Assembly: GCA_903908245.1 (NCBI GenBank) | Contig: CAIVRE010000006.1 | Coordinates: 21,951 to 85,950 of the forward strand | Reading direction: 5' to 3' | From: Candidatus Omnitrophota bacterium | GTDB lineage: Bacteria; Omnitrophota; Gorgyraeia; Zapsychrales; Fredricksoniimonadaceae | DNA: 64,000 nucleotides | In this document: positions 31,510-41,160 of the stretch, piece by piece | Layout: every line of letters starts with the position of its first letter | Numbering within the stretch: the first letter of the stretch is position 1 | The notes under the pieces: model-generated | Told to the model about the DNA's origin: nothing | Seen by the model: only the letters and a program-made list of their open reading frames with translations | The model's database searches: none | Translations under genes and position numbers: made by a program

Positions 31510-32784
31510 CTATTTCTTCCCTAATAACGCGAACATCTTGGTTTTATACGCCTCGACACCAGGCTGGTCGAACGGATTGACCCCGAGGATATATCCCGAG
31601 ATCCCGACGCCCTTCTCAAAAAAATAATACAGCTGACCAATATGGAACGCATCGGCTTTATCGAGCGTAATGCACATATTGGGCACGCCGCCTTCATAAT
31701 GCGCGCCAGCGGTCGCCTTATAGGCCTGCTTGTTCACCCAGTCCAGTTCCTTGCCGGCCACACAATTGAACTTGTCCAGATCTTCCGGATCAGAAGGAAC
31801 GATCACCGTCGCATCAACAGCATTGATCATAAGGAACGTTTCAAAGATATTACGCATTCCGTCCTGCATCAGCTGGCCCATGGAATGAAGGTCTGTCGAA
31901 AGGATGGTCGATGCCGGGAATATCCCACGGCCGCCCTTGCCTTCACTCTCGCCGTAAAGCTGCTTCCACCACTCGGCAACATATTGCACATTGGGATAAA
32001 ATGACGCCATCATCTCAATGCATTTCCCTTTTTTATAAAGCACATTACGGATGGCCGCATACCGATAGCAAACATTCTTCGAAAGATCGGGATCGGCATA
32101 TTCCTTCTCGCCGGCCCGGAACCCGTCCACGAACGCCTTGATATCAACCCCCGCCAGCGCCAGCGGGACCAGGCCTACCGGAGTAAGGATAGAGAACCGT
32201 CCGCCGACGTCATCGGGGATCACATAAGAACGATAGCCCTCTTTATCCGCGATCTTCCGGAGCGCCCCTTTTTTTGCATCTGTCACACAGATCACGCGTT
32301 TTTTCAGCTCGGCACCGCTGTACTTGCGCTTCATGGCCGCGTCCACGATACGGAACGCCAACGCAGGCTCGGTCGTGGCACCCGACTTCGAAATAACGAC
32401 CACGGTCACATTCTTCCGTGCAATAAGCCCGATGATACGGTTCATATCGACCGAAGACATATTATGCCCGGCGTAATACACCGGGACCTTCGGCTCACCG
32501 CCCAAAAACTCCAGCGTGGAGCGGATGCCAAGATACGACCCGCCGATACCGATAGAAATGATCGCGTCCGAATGGCCCTGAACTTCTTTCGCCAGCGCCG
32601 TAAGCTCGGACACCAACGCATCAGGGACCTGCGAAGGCAAATGGACCCAACCCAGGAAATCATTCCCCGCGCCTGTCTTGTTATGCAGGTCCTTATGCGC
32701 TTTATCCACCGCAGGCGCGAACGCCTTGATATCCGCATCACCAACAAACCCTTTTAAAAATCCGGCATCCAGTGAAATTCCCAT
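31510..32784 (-). CDS. pgi: Glucose-6-phosphate isomerase (short ~420 aa form)
   Basis: SIGIGGSYLG and other PGI family motifs. Confidence 0.85.
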   Translation of the reverse strand: MGISLDAGFLKGFVGDADIKAFAPAVDKAHKDLHNKTGAGNDFLGWVHLPSQVPDALVSELTALAKEVQGHSDAIISIGIGGSYLGIRSTLEFLGGEPKVPVYYAGHNMSSVDMNRIIGLIARKNVTVVVISKSGATTEPALAFRIVDAAMKRKYSGAELKKRVICVTDAKKGALRKIADKEGYRSYVIPDDVGGRFSILTPVGLVPLALAGVDIKAFVDGFRAGEKEYADPDLSKNVCYRYAAIRNVLYKKGKCIEMMASFYPNVQYVAEWWKQLYGESEGKGGRGIFPASTILSTDLHSMGQLMQDGMRNIFETFLMINAVDATVIVPSDPEDLDKFNCVAGKELDWVNKQAYKATAGAHYEGGVPNMCITLDKADAFHIGQLYYFFEKGVGISGYILGVNPFDQPGVEAYKTKMFALLGKK

Positions 32785-32817
32785 ACCAATATCCTGACCC
32801 CTCTTTGCGTTAATCCT

Positions 32818-33549
32818 TTAATTTTTTATTTCCACAGGCGCAGCCGCTTCTGACGGTTTTACGGCATCCGGCGGCTTGACGGCTTCCGCTCCGGGCTTGG
32901 CCAACGGCGCGGCAGGCTTCACCTCTTCCGCCTTCTTGGCCGGAACAGCGGGCTTGGCCTCCTCTTTCTTTTTCGGAACAGGCACCGGCGCCGGCTTCGT
33001 CATCAGGTCCGCCGCCGATTCAAATTTCATTGAATTGCCCAGGACACCATCCTTATACGATTCCTGCGCCTTCATCTTGCCATCCTCATAATATTCAAAA
33101 GCGCTCCCGGAAAGCACTGCGTTGACATAATACGCCTGCCGGCGCAATATCCCGCTGGGATAAAACGTCTTGCTGTCGCCATCGAGGATCCCGTCCTTGT
33201 AATTCTCTTCTTTCTGCAAACGGCCGCCTTCATCATACTGCCGGAACACGCCTGAAAGGTTATTGGCGCGGTATTCGCCCTCACTCTTGACAATGCCGGA
33301 CTCATAATATGTCCTGGTCTCACCATCTCGCTGGCCACTCACATAATGATCCACGGATTTCCGCGTACCATTCTCGTAATATTCCGTAACAACACCGTCA
33401 AGCTGCCTGAACTTGTAATTCGCCTCTTTAAGGATACTGCCTGATTTATAATAAGTACGGAAAACACCGTCATTCACCGGCGCCTCTGCCGCGAAAGCGA
33501 TCCCGGCGACCAGCATCCACATCATCAGGAATCCCGATAATCTTTTCAT
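32818..33549 (-). CDS. Secreted MORN/YwqK-like repeat protein with a Pro/Ala/Lys-rich C-terminal tail
   Basis: Signal peptide MKRLSGFLMMWMLVAGIAFA, then ~7 repeats of the YYE(N/S)G...G..DG..(T/K).Y type and a PAK-rich tail. Listed ORF starts further upstream, overlapping mnmA. Confidence 0.6.
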   Translation of the reverse strand: MKRLSGFLMMWMLVAGIAFAAEAPVNDGVFRTYYKSGSILKEANYKFRQLDGVVTEYYENGTRKSVDHYVSGQRDGETRTYYESGIVKSEGEYRANNLSGVFRQYDEGGRLQKEENYKDGILDGDSKTFYPSGILRRQAYYVNAVLSGSAFEYYEDGKMKAQESYKDGVLGNSMKFESAADLMTKPAPVPVPKKKEEAKPAVPAKKAEEVKPAAPLAKPGAEAVKPPDAVKPSEAAAPVEIKN

Positions 33550-33577
33550 TGCATATCTCCCTGGTAATTTTTTCTGA

Positions 33578-34678
33578 CTAAAAACCCGCATCAATGAGCG
33601 CTCCGCCCAAAAGCATGTCCTCTTTGTAAAAAACAACCGATTGGCCCGGAGTGACCGACGCCTGCGGCTCTTTGAACCTGACGGAGACACAGCCTTGATC
33701 AAGCACATCGACCCTTGCTTCAATATCGAAGTGATTATACCTTATCTTGACACCCGCTTCGATGGTTTCTTTGGAAAAATTCATGCTGACAAGGTTAAGG
33801 CCGCTGGCCACAAGCCCGCTGGAGAGAAGTTTCTCCTTTGGACCGACATAAACCAGATTCTTTGCGACATCAATACGATAAACATACACAGGGACACCAA
33901 GGGCAATGCCCAGCCCCTCGCGCTGACCGACCGTATAATGCGATACTCCCTTATGAACCCCGACCTTCTTGCCCGTATGATCGAGCATATCTCCGGGAAT
34001 GGACAAAGACGGCGCCCGCGCCTCAAGAAAAGAACGATAATCGCCGTCCGTAATGAAACAAATATCCTGGCTTTCTTTCTTTTCTGCGGTCGGAAGGCCC
34101 ATCCTCCGGGCCGCAATACGCACCTCATCCTTAGTGAGGCCGCCCAGCGGGAACATCACGAATGGCAGGGTCTCCCTGGGGATGCCATACAGAAAATACG
34201 ACTGGTCCTTGCGCTCATCGATCCCTTTCTTCAAACACCAGCCCTGATAAGGATCATTTTCGATCCGGGCATAATGACCTGTTGCCAGATGCATAGCCCC
34301 CAACGCCCGCGAATCATTGAAAAGACGGACAAATTTCAAATGCTGATTGCAACGCACACACGGATTCGGCGTGCGGCCTTTAAGATATTCATTAACAAAA
34401 TCATCGATGACCGTCGCAAAAAGCGCGTCGCCGTAATTAAGCACATGATGACGGATCCCCAGCGCCTTGGCCACACGACGGGCATCTTCAATGGACTCAA
34501 GACCGCAACAGCTCGGACGACGAGCCCCTCCCGATGCCGGCAGTTCAAAACACATGGTCACGCCTTCAACGGCATATCCCTGCTCAAGCAGCAGGCCCGC
34601 GGCAACGGATGAATCCACCCCGCCGGACATGGCAACAAAGGTCTTCTTGTCCAATAAACCCATGATCAACACCCGCAA
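33578..34678 (-). CDS. mnmA: tRNA-specific 2-thiouridylase MnmA
   Basis: PP-loop SGGVDSSV and the catalytic cysteines of MnmA. 366 aa. Confidence 0.9.
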   Translation of the reverse strand: MRVLIMGLLDKKTFVAMSGGVDSSVAAGLLLEQGYAVEGVTMCFELPASGGARRPSCCGLESIEDARRVAKALGIRHHVLNYGDALFATVIDDFVNEYLKGRTPNPCVRCNQHLKFVRLFNDSRALGAMHLATGHYARIENDPYQGWCLKKGIDERKDQSYFLYGIPRETLPFVMFPLGGLTKDEVRIAARRMGLPTAEKKESQDICFITDGDYRSFLEARAPSLSIPGDMLDHTGKKVGVHKGVSHYTVGQREGLGIALGVPVYVYRIDVAKNLVYVGPKEKLLSSGLVASGLNLVSMNFSKETIEAGVKIRYNHFDIEARVDVLDQGCVSVRFKEPQASVTPGQSVVFYKEDMLLGGALIDAGF

Positions 34679-36714
34679 TATGGCTTATTGATATCCGCCA
34701 GGATATCTTTGATCGAACGCTCAAGCGCATCCAACATCATATCGATCTCTGATGCTGCTATCGACAGCGGCGGCATCAGCACGATCACATTGCCCAGAGG
34801 CCGAAGAATAACGCCATAGTCCCGTGCCCGCTCGCACACACGTACGCCAATGCGTTCCTGCCAGTCAAAAGGCTCTTTGGTCACCCGGTCCTTGACCAGT
34901 TCGATCCCGACCATCAATCCGCGCTGGCGGATATCACCGACTTGCGCAATATCGCGAAAGCGTTCCAGCCCTCGCGCAAGATAGCCGGCAGATCCCCGGA
35001 CCCGGTCAAGGGTCTTGTCCGACCTGAACAATTCAAGGTTCGCCAGCGCGGCCGCGCAAGCGATCGGATTCCCCGTATACGTATGGCCGTGAAAGAACGC
35101 CTGCATATCCTTATACGGGAATTGGAATCCGTCATAAATGCGTCGCGTCGTCAATGTCGCGGCCAGCGGCAATACCCCGCCGGAAAGCCCTTTGGCAATG
35201 CACAGAAGGTCCGGATGGACATCTTCGTGCTCGCAAGCGAACATCTTCCCCGTCCGCCCAAAACCGGTCGCAACCTCATCACAGATCAAAAGCACATCAT
35301 ATTCCCGGCACAGCCCTTCCAATCGTTTCAAAACACCCGCCGGCCACATCATCATCCCCGCCGCCCCCTGGACGATCGGCTCGACCACCAACGCCGCCAC
35401 CCTGGAATGCTCTTTCTTCAGGAAAACCCCGAACGCATCAACAGCCTCGAACACCCGTGTATCCCGGTAGCAATCCGGGAAAGGGACCTGATGTGCCTTG
35501 AAAATAAGCTTGCGGTAAACTTTATGAAAAAGGTCGATGCCGCCGATGCTGACACTCCCCAGTGTGTCTCCATGGTAAGAGTTCTGTAAATGACAAATAC
35601 CCGACTTCTTCGCAACGCCCGTATTCTGCCAATATTGATACGCCATCTTGACCGCGATCTCAACCGCCGTCGACCCGTTATCCGAATAAAAGACCCTCTC
35701 CAGGCCCTTGGGCGCAATACCAACAAGCCGCTCCGCCAACTGCACGGCGGGCGTATTGGCCAGGCCAAGCATGGTGGAATGGTCAAGCCGCGCTGCCTGA
35801 CGGGCGATAGCCTCTGTTATCTCCGGCCGGCCGTGGCCATGCACCGTAACCCAAAGGCTTGAAACAGCATCCAAATACCTTCGGCCGTCCGTATCGACCA
35901 GGAATGATCCCTGTGCCCGGTCGATCACCAGCGGAACGCCGGGAATATCCGACTCCCAATCACGCATCTGCGTGAACGGATGCCAGATGAACTTCTTGTC
36001 CGTTTCAACCAGTTTCTTCGTACAGCCAGGCCGCGCAGATATCAACGCCTCGATGTTGATCGTCTTGCGGCACGCCGCAAAAACGGACGCCGCGTCCTTT
36101 TTCTTCAAAAAAGGGACCTCTCCCAGGACCGGGACCGAACATAGCTCCCTGATCGCTTCTGGATTCGTTCGCTCGGGAACACCCCGCTTCTTCCCTGCCG
36201 GATCTGAAAAAACGATCCCTGATACGGTCAATGCCCTGCGCTCGGCTTCACGCACTGTCAAAAGCGTATGGTTGATACTCCCGAGCCCAAGACGGGAAAC
36301 AACAATGACCTCTGCACCAAGGTCCCTGGCCAGATCGGCCATAAAATAACCATCGATGATCGGGACCAGCAACCCCCCCGCGCCCTCGACCAGGAGAATG
36401 TCATATTTCGCGGCCAGCCTCCCGGCGGCGAATAAAACCCTGTCCTTGTTAAAAACGACCCGCGTGCGCTTTAAAGCCAAATGAGGTGAAAGCGGCTCGC
36501 GGGCAGAATACGGGTTGATATCACGGATATCATCCGTCAATCCCAACCGCCTCTTGAGGAACTGCGCATCACCCGATCTTTCATCGCCGGATTGCACCGG
36601 TTTCATCACGCCTGTCGACAATCCTTTGGCCCTCAACAGCAAGGCCAGGGCATAGACAAACATCGTCTTGCCCACACCGGTATCCGTCCCTGTAATAAAA
36701 ATAATACGGCTCAT
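34666..36714 (-). CDS. bioDA: Bifunctional dethiobiotin synthetase / adenosylmethionine-8-amino-7-oxononanoate aminotransferase (BioD-BioA fusion)
   Basis: N-terminal BioD P-loop FITGTDTGVGKT. C-terminal class-III aminotransferase with a Schiff-base Lys (LLCIAKGLSGG). 682 aa. Confidence 0.85.
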   Translation of the reverse strand: MSRIIFITGTDTGVGKTMFVYALALLLRAKGLSTGVMKPVQSGDERSGDAQFLKRRLGLTDDIRDINPYSAREPLSPHLALKRTRVVFNKDRVLFAAGRLAAKYDILLVEGAGGLLVPIIDGYFMADLARDLGAEVIVVSRLGLGSINHTLLTVREAERRALTVSGIVFSDPAGKKRGVPERTNPEAIRELCSVPVLGEVPFLKKKDAASVFAACRKTINIEALISARPGCTKKLVETDKKFIWHPFTQMRDWESDIPGVPLVIDRAQGSFLVDTDGRRYLDAVSSLWVTVHGHGRPEITEAIARQAARLDHSTMLGLANTPAVQLAERLVGIAPKGLERVFYSDNGSTAVEIAVKMAYQYWQNTGVAKKSGICHLQNSYHGDTLGSVSIGGIDLFHKVYRKLIFKAHQVPFPDCYRDTRVFEAVDAFGVFLKKEHSRVAALVVEPIVQGAAGMMMWPAGVLKRLEGLCREYDVLLICDEVATGFGRTGKMFACEHEDVHPDLLCIAKGLSGGVLPLAATLTTRRIYDGFQFPYKDMQAFFHGHTYTGNPIACAAALANLELFRSDKTLDRVRGSAGYLARGLERFRDIAQVGDIRQRGLMVGIELVKDRVTKEPFDWQERIGVRVCERARDYGVILRPLGNVIVLMPPLSIAASEIDMMLDALERSIKDILADINKPYCGC

Positions 36715-37460
36715 TTTTGCGCCTGCAACCAGATCACTTCAAAAGAGACCTGCCCGTTAAAATTCTTTAAATAATATGATTCCGCCCGCTTCAAGACATC
36801 CCGGCCAATGAACATCCCGCGGCCTAAGCCGCTGGTCCCTGTCTCCCTCAACCAAAGGAGGACCTCCTTGATCGATCCAAAATCCTCCCGGCGATATTCA
36901 CGCTCAAAATCAAATCCCGTGAACCCTGCCGTCGCGATCGCCGCGCAAACATCTTCCAATGAAGGCAGACGCGGCATCGTATCGATCCTTGCCGATAGGC
37001 CGGAAGATGCCGCAGCAAGGGCCCTGAACAACTCCCCCAGCGTATCCCGGCCGAAAAGAACAGCCTCGAATTTTCCGCCGGGTTTAAGAACGGCGGCGGC
37101 AGAACGAAATGCCGCCGGAAGGTCCGTTGACCAGTGATAGCATGATGACGAAACAAGGATGTCGAGCGACTCTCTCTTGAACGGCAGACGACCATGGTCG
37201 GCGCGGACACGCGAGCCCTCACCGCGCAACAGCATCCCTTCCGATGCATCGACCCCCACATACACCGCATCAGGATACCTCTGCCTTAGTGCCTCCAGCA
37301 GCCGGCCGGTCCCCGTTCCGATATCCGCCACGGTATCACCGGGACGAACACGGACCTTCCCTGCCAACTCAACCGCCAACGCCCGCTGAATACGTGCGCG
37401 GGCATCATAGAACCCCGCAGCATCAGAAAAATACTTGGATATTTGCGCACAAGAAGTCAT
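36711..37460 (-). CDS. bioC: Malonyl-ACP O-methyltransferase BioC
   Basis: SAM-MTase motif I DIGTGTG. Position within the bio operon. Confidence 0.75.
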   Translation of the reverse strand: MTSCAQISKYFSDAAGFYDARARIQRALAVELAGKVRVRPGDTVADIGTGTGRLLEALRQRYPDAVYVGVDASEGMLLRGEGSRVRADHGRLPFKRESLDILVSSSCYHWSTDLPAAFRSAAAVLKPGGKFEAVLFGRDTLGELFRALAAASSGLSARIDTMPRLPSLEDVCAAIATAGFTGFDFEREYRREDFGSIKEVLLWLRETGTSGLGRGMFIGRDVLKRAESYYLKNFNGQVSFEVIWLQAQK

Positions 37461-38200
37461 TGCAGAAATCTCTCCACCCGACGGTTAAAAACATCAGGAA
37501 TGCTCAGGAACGGAAAGTGAGCGACATCTTTGAGCGCCTCGACCTGCAATGATGGCAGAAGCCGACGCAGCGGCTCGATCACCGCTGACGGACAAATAGG
37601 GTCACTATCACCTGTAATAAAAAGGCACGGCTGGGTAAGGCGCGATAACTCCGGACGAAGATCCTCTGTTCCTAACATCGCCAATACCCCCAACAGCCCT
37701 TCACGGCACGGCAAGGGGCTCTGGCAGCGCAATTGCTTGACCTGAAAATAGCGCGGCCGCTCTTTTTCTTTCCTGGTAAAAAGAGACCGGAAAAACATAT
37801 CCAATACTGTTCCGATATCTTTATCGAGCTGGCCTGCCAGCTTGCGGATCCTGGCCGGATCAAGCCCGGCGGGGAAACCCTCCGTCACCGTAAATCTGGG
37901 AAGCGCCCCGGCAAAAACGATACGCCGTACAAAGTCCGGATAAAGTTCGGACAATTTGACCGCGACCAGGCCTCCGAAAGAACTGGCGACAATATCCGTT
38001 AAAGCAACCCCCTCCTCCCGGCACTGCGCATGGACAAGGCGGGCCATATCCTCCAGGTTCTCCCCGTTCCAGGGGCGGCCGCCATGGCCAGGAAGGTCGA
38101 TCAAAAGGACCTTTCTCCCGGCAGAGAAATACTCTTTCTGCCATTGCCAGATACTGGAACAACCGCCGAACCCGTGGATAAAAACGATCGGATCATGCAT
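37457..38200 (-). CDS. bioH: Pimeloyl-ACP methyl ester esterase BioH (alpha/beta hydrolase)
   Basis: HGFGG ... nucleophile elbow SSFGG ... bio operon context. Confidence 0.7.
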   Translation of the reverse strand: MHDPIVFIHGFGGCSSIWQWQKEYFSAGRKVLLIDLPGHGGRPWNGENLEDMARLVHAQCREEGVALTDIVASSFGGLVAVKLSELYPDFVRRIVFAGALPRFTVTEGFPAGLDPARIRKLAGQLDKDIGTVLDMFFRSLFTRKEKERPRYFQVKQLRCQSPLPCREGLLGVLAMLGTEDLRPELSRLTQPCLFITGDSDPICPSAVIEPLRRLLPSLQVEALKDVAHFPFLSIPDVFNRRVERFLQ

Positions 38201-39353
38201 GGGACATCACCTTCTTGAATGCGCTCACACAATGCTCAAGATCACTGCCCGTATGCGCAGCGGTTACGGTCACACGCAACCGCGCCGACCCCGAAGGAAC
38301 CGTCGGAGGGCGAATAGCCGAAACAAAGATGCCTTCCTCCAGCAATGCCTTCGACCAGCGCACCGCACGGTCAGCGGATCCAAGCATCACGGGAATAATG
38401 GGCGTGATCCCCGGCGGAACATCGAGCCCGAGTGCCTGCAAAGCCTCGCGCAGGGATCCTGCCGACCTTAACACCTTTTGCCTGCGCTGAGGTTCCGCCC
38501 TGATGATCCTTAACGCCGCCCGGCCTGCCGCCGCGACTGACGGCGGAAGCGCGGTCGTAAAGACCACGCTGCGCGCGGCATTCAATAAATGATCGACAAG
38601 GACCCTGGACCCCGCCGCATATGCGCCAAAAGACCCGGCCGCCTTGGATAAAGTCCCCATCTGAACATCGACAACGCCAGCCACACCCAGTTCCTCTGCC
38701 ATGCCCGAGCCAGACACACCGAACAAACCGAAAGCGTGCGCTTCATCCACCATCAGCCACGCATTATGACGCTTGGCCAACGCCGCCAGTTCCACAAGAG
38801 GCGCAACATCCCCGTCCATGCTAAAGACGGTGTCGGTCACGATCAACTTACGACGGGCATTTGTTTCCGCCGCCAGCAGGGCATCAAGCGCAGCCATATC
38901 ATTATGAGGATACCGCCGCATTGAAGCACGGCTAAGGACGATCCCATCAACAATAGATGCATGATTAAACCGGTCGGAAAATACCGCGTCATCCCGGCCC
39001 ACCAGCGCGGAAATGATCCCGACATTCGCCATATATCCTGCAGAGAACAGAAGCGCCGCTTCCGTCTTTTTCAAGGCCGCGATGTCCCGCTCCAATGCGG
39101 TGTGTTCGTCAAAATTGCCACAAACCAGGCGCGATGCTCCCGCCCCGAACCCGCGCTGCCCGGCAACAGAGCCCGCGGCAAGGGCCATGCGGGGATCTGC
39201 CGCCAGTCCCAGGTAATCATTGGAACAAAAATTCAACACCGGCCGGCCGTCAAGAATAACCTCCCGGGATTGCGCAGAAGCGACCTCCCGCAAGGACCGC
39301 CGAAGCCCCTGTCCATCCAACTTCAGCAACTCGGCCGCCAATACATCATTCAC
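38193..39353 (-). CDS. bioF: 8-amino-7-oxononanoate synthase
   Basis: Class II aminotransferase with LGTLSKA PLP-Lys region. 386 aa. Confidence 0.85.
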   Translation of the reverse strand: MNDVLAAELLKLDGQGLRRSLREVASAQSREVILDGRPVLNFCSNDYLGLAADPRMALAAGSVAGQRGFGAGASRLVCGNFDEHTALERDIAALKKTEAALLFSAGYMANVGIISALVGRDDAVFSDRFNHASIVDGIVLSRASMRRYPHNDMAALDALLAAETNARRKLIVTDTVFSMDGDVAPLVELAALAKRHNAWLMVDEAHAFGLFGVSGSGMAEELGVAGVVDVQMGTLSKAAGSFGAYAAGSRVLVDHLLNAARSVVFTTALPPSVAAAGRAALRIIRAEPQRRQKVLRSAGSLREALQALGLDVPPGITPIIPVMLGSADRAVRWSKALLEEGIFVSAIRPPTVPSGSARLRVTVTAAHTGSDLEHCVSAFKKVMSHA

Positions 39354-40321
39354 GCGTTTTTTCCCTTCATTTCCAACAGGATATCCCCGGCCATCCTCTT
39401 GACGGTCTCGCCGCTGTCCAACTGTACCAGTAACCCTCCGTCATCGGCCAGGCCCATCGCAACGCCTTCCCGCTTACACCCGCGCTCTTCAAACTGCACC
39501 CGCCGGCCGATCGTAGCCGACCGCCGCCGCCACTCCTCAAGAGAAGGGGCGAACCCCTGTTTTTTCAGGTTCAAATATCGTTTCTCAAACGCACGCAGGA
39601 ACTCCCGCAACAAGCCGACCCGATCGCAAGCCTGGCCAAGCACTTCTTTCAAGGAAACTCCTTCCGGCGGAAGTTCTTTGGACAATGTATTCACATTCAA
39701 ACCAACACCGACAACCGCAAAATCCACACGATCGACCTCAGCACGCAGATCGGTCAGGATCCCCGCCAATTTTCTGCCGTTCAACAGCAAGTCATTCGGC
39801 CATTTGATCAACGGCCGTAAACCGGAAAAAGACTCCACGGCCTCGCTTAAAGCCACGGCGCTGAGCAGTGTAAGCCGGGCAGCCTCGGACGATGACAACG
39901 CCGGACGCAAAAGCATGGAAAAATATAATCCCTTTGACTTGGGAGACACCCAGGAGCGGCCCAAGCGACCGCGGCCTTTGGTCTGGGATTCAGCGGTCAC
40001 AATGATGCCTTCCGGGGCGCCATTCATCCCCAGACGAAAAGCTTCATCCATAGTAGAGGGGATCTCATCAAAGAAATGCACATGACAACCGAACTTGCGC
40101 GTACCCAGGCCGTGTTGAACTTCGGTGGCGATCAACTTGTCAGGGACCGCAACCAGCTTATACCCGTGATGCGAAACCGCCTCGACCTTATACCCTTCCA
40201 GGCGCAGGTCTTCCATACACTTCCAGACCGCGGCCCGGCTGACACCAAGGGTACGGCTAAGGTCCTCTCCAGAAACAAAACCGTCGGTTTCTCTCAAATA
40301 TTGAAGGATCTTTACACGCAT
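39350..40321 (-). CDS. birA: Bifunctional biotin-protein ligase / bio operon repressor BirA
   Basis: N-terminal winged HTH and ligase core GRGRLGRSW. 323 aa. Confidence 0.9.
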   Translation of the reverse strand: MRVKILQYLRETDGFVSGEDLSRTLGVSRAAVWKCMEDLRLEGYKVEAVSHHGYKLVAVPDKLIATEVQHGLGTRKFGCHVHFFDEIPSTMDEAFRLGMNGAPEGIIVTAESQTKGRGRLGRSWVSPKSKGLYFSMLLRPALSSSEAARLTLLSAVALSEAVESFSGLRPLIKWPNDLLLNGRKLAGILTDLRAEVDRVDFAVVGVGLNVNTLSKELPPEGVSLKEVLGQACDRVGLLREFLRAFEKRYLNLKKQGFAPSLEEWRRRSATIGRRVQFEERGCKREGVAMGLADDGGLLVQLDSGETVKRMAGDILLEMKGKNA

Positions 40322-40350
40322 GGCGGCATTCTAATCCGGACCGGGCCGGA

Positions 40351-40382
40351 TTGTCAACCGGAATATATATATCAGTTTACAA
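40351..40382. promoter_or_regulatory. Putative BirA operator (bioO)
   Basis: TTGTCAACC-N15-GTTTACAA inverted repeat matching the TTGTAAACC/GGTTTACAA half-site consensus. Lies 30 nt upstream of the birA start and overlaps an AT-rich -10-like TATATA. Confidence 0.7.
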
Positions 40383-40384
40383 TA

Positions 40385-40408
40385 CCTCCCTCACCCCGGG
40401 GGTGAAGG
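40385..40408. promoter_or_regulatory. Half-copy of the 24.3 kb palindrome arm (CCTCCCTCACCCCGGGGGTGAAGG)
   Basis: The reverse complement matches the right arm at 24355-24380 in 23/24 positions. Located 12 nt upstream of the tRNA promoter -35. Confidence 0.55.
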
Positions 40409-40420
40409 TTTGTTTTGCCT

Positions 40421-40449
40421 TTGACAAACAATAAAACGGATGTTATATT
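40421..40449 (+). promoter_or_regulatory. Consensus sigma70-like promoter for tRNA-Ala/tRNA-Leu
   Basis: TTGACA-N17-TATATT ending 14 nt before the tRNA-Ala 5' end. Confidence 0.65.
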
Positions 40450-40463
40450 CTCATTCTATTTGC

Positions 40464-40537
40464 GGGGCTGTAGCTCAGTTTGGGAGAGCGCGTGCATGGC
40501 ATGCATGAGGTCAGGGGTTCGATCCCCCTCAGCTCCA
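40464..40537 (+). tRNA. tRNA-Ala (anticodon GGC)
   Basis: GGGGCTGTAGCTCAG...GGTTCGATCCCC with anticodon loop AUGGCAU. Aligns position by position with bacterial tRNA-Ala. Confidence 0.85.
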
Positions 40538-40545
40538 CTTCTTTT

Positions 40546-40628
40546 GCTGGAGTGGCGGAACGGTATACGCGTCGGTCTCAAAAACCGATATCTTAACGGG
40601 TGTGTGGGTTCGAGTCCCACCTCCAGCA
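40546..40628 (+). tRNA. tRNA-Leu (anticodon CAA), long variable arm
   Basis: 83 nt with acceptor GCTGGAG/CTCCAGC, anticodon loop CUCAAAA and T-loop GGTTCGAGTCC. Confidence 0.85.
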
Positions 40629-40668
40629 CTATTATCTCCCCACATCCTTTCCCCCGAAATCCCTTCCC

Positions 40669-40697
40669 AAATAAAAAACCCCGGAATATTTCCAGGG
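40669..40697 (-). terminator. Rho-independent terminator of gene 40728..41021
   Basis: Minus-strand read CCCTGG-aaatatt-CCGGGG followed by TTTTTTATTT. Confidence 0.6.
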
Positions 40698-40727
40698 CAT
40701 CGTATTACCGCAACACATCACGCGTTC

Positions 40728-41021
40728 TTATCTCTTCGGCGGAGGCTTCACCATGGTCGCCCTGTTCCCATCGACCTTGAAAATAACGACCACTTCCTCT
40801 CCCGGATTCGTCGCTACCGTAACCTGGGCGCTGGAAAGGTCAAAAGACACCTTCCCTTCCCCCCGGTTCCCGTCCACCATCAACATCCTGGTCTTGGGGT
40901 TATAGTCCACCACCTTGCCGCGGACAAGGCCCATGTCTTTTCGCATCAATGACGCATGCGCCGGAGACACCATGAATAACATGAGTACAGCCGCGAACAT
41001 CAGCCTCAAGCCATTTTTCAT
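40728..41021 (-). CDS. Small secreted hypothetical protein (97 aa)
   Basis: Signal peptide MKNGLRLMFAAVLMLFMVSPAHA. Its own terminator lies downstream. Confidence 0.5.
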   Translation of the reverse strand: MKNGLRLMFAAVLMLFMVSPAHASLMRKDMGLVRGKVVDYNPKTRMLMVDGNRGEGKVSFDLSSAQVTVATNPGEEVVVIFKVDGNRATMVKPPPKR

Positions 41022-41102
41022 TCCCTGCCTCCTTAAAAATTTCTCTGCGAGAAAGTCGTTAAGAAACCATTATAAGTATAGCAAAAGAATCCCGCGCGCA
41101 CC

Positions 41103-41139
41103 AAAAAAAATCCCGGCATCATTTAACACAATGCCGGGA
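41103..41139 (-). terminator. Rho-independent terminator of gene 41161..41352
   Basis: Minus-strand read CCCGGCAT-tgtgttaaatg-ATGCCGGG followed by ATTTTTTTT. Confidence 0.8.
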
Positions 41140-41160
41140 GCATATCTTCATCAGGACAAT

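Noticed and set aside
33641-36349. Plus-strand ORFs 33641..34612, 34942..35589 and 35972..36349
   Set aside because: Antisense to mnmA and the bioD-bioA fusion.
38961-40085. 374-aa plus-strand ORF
   Set aside because: Antisense to bioF/birA.
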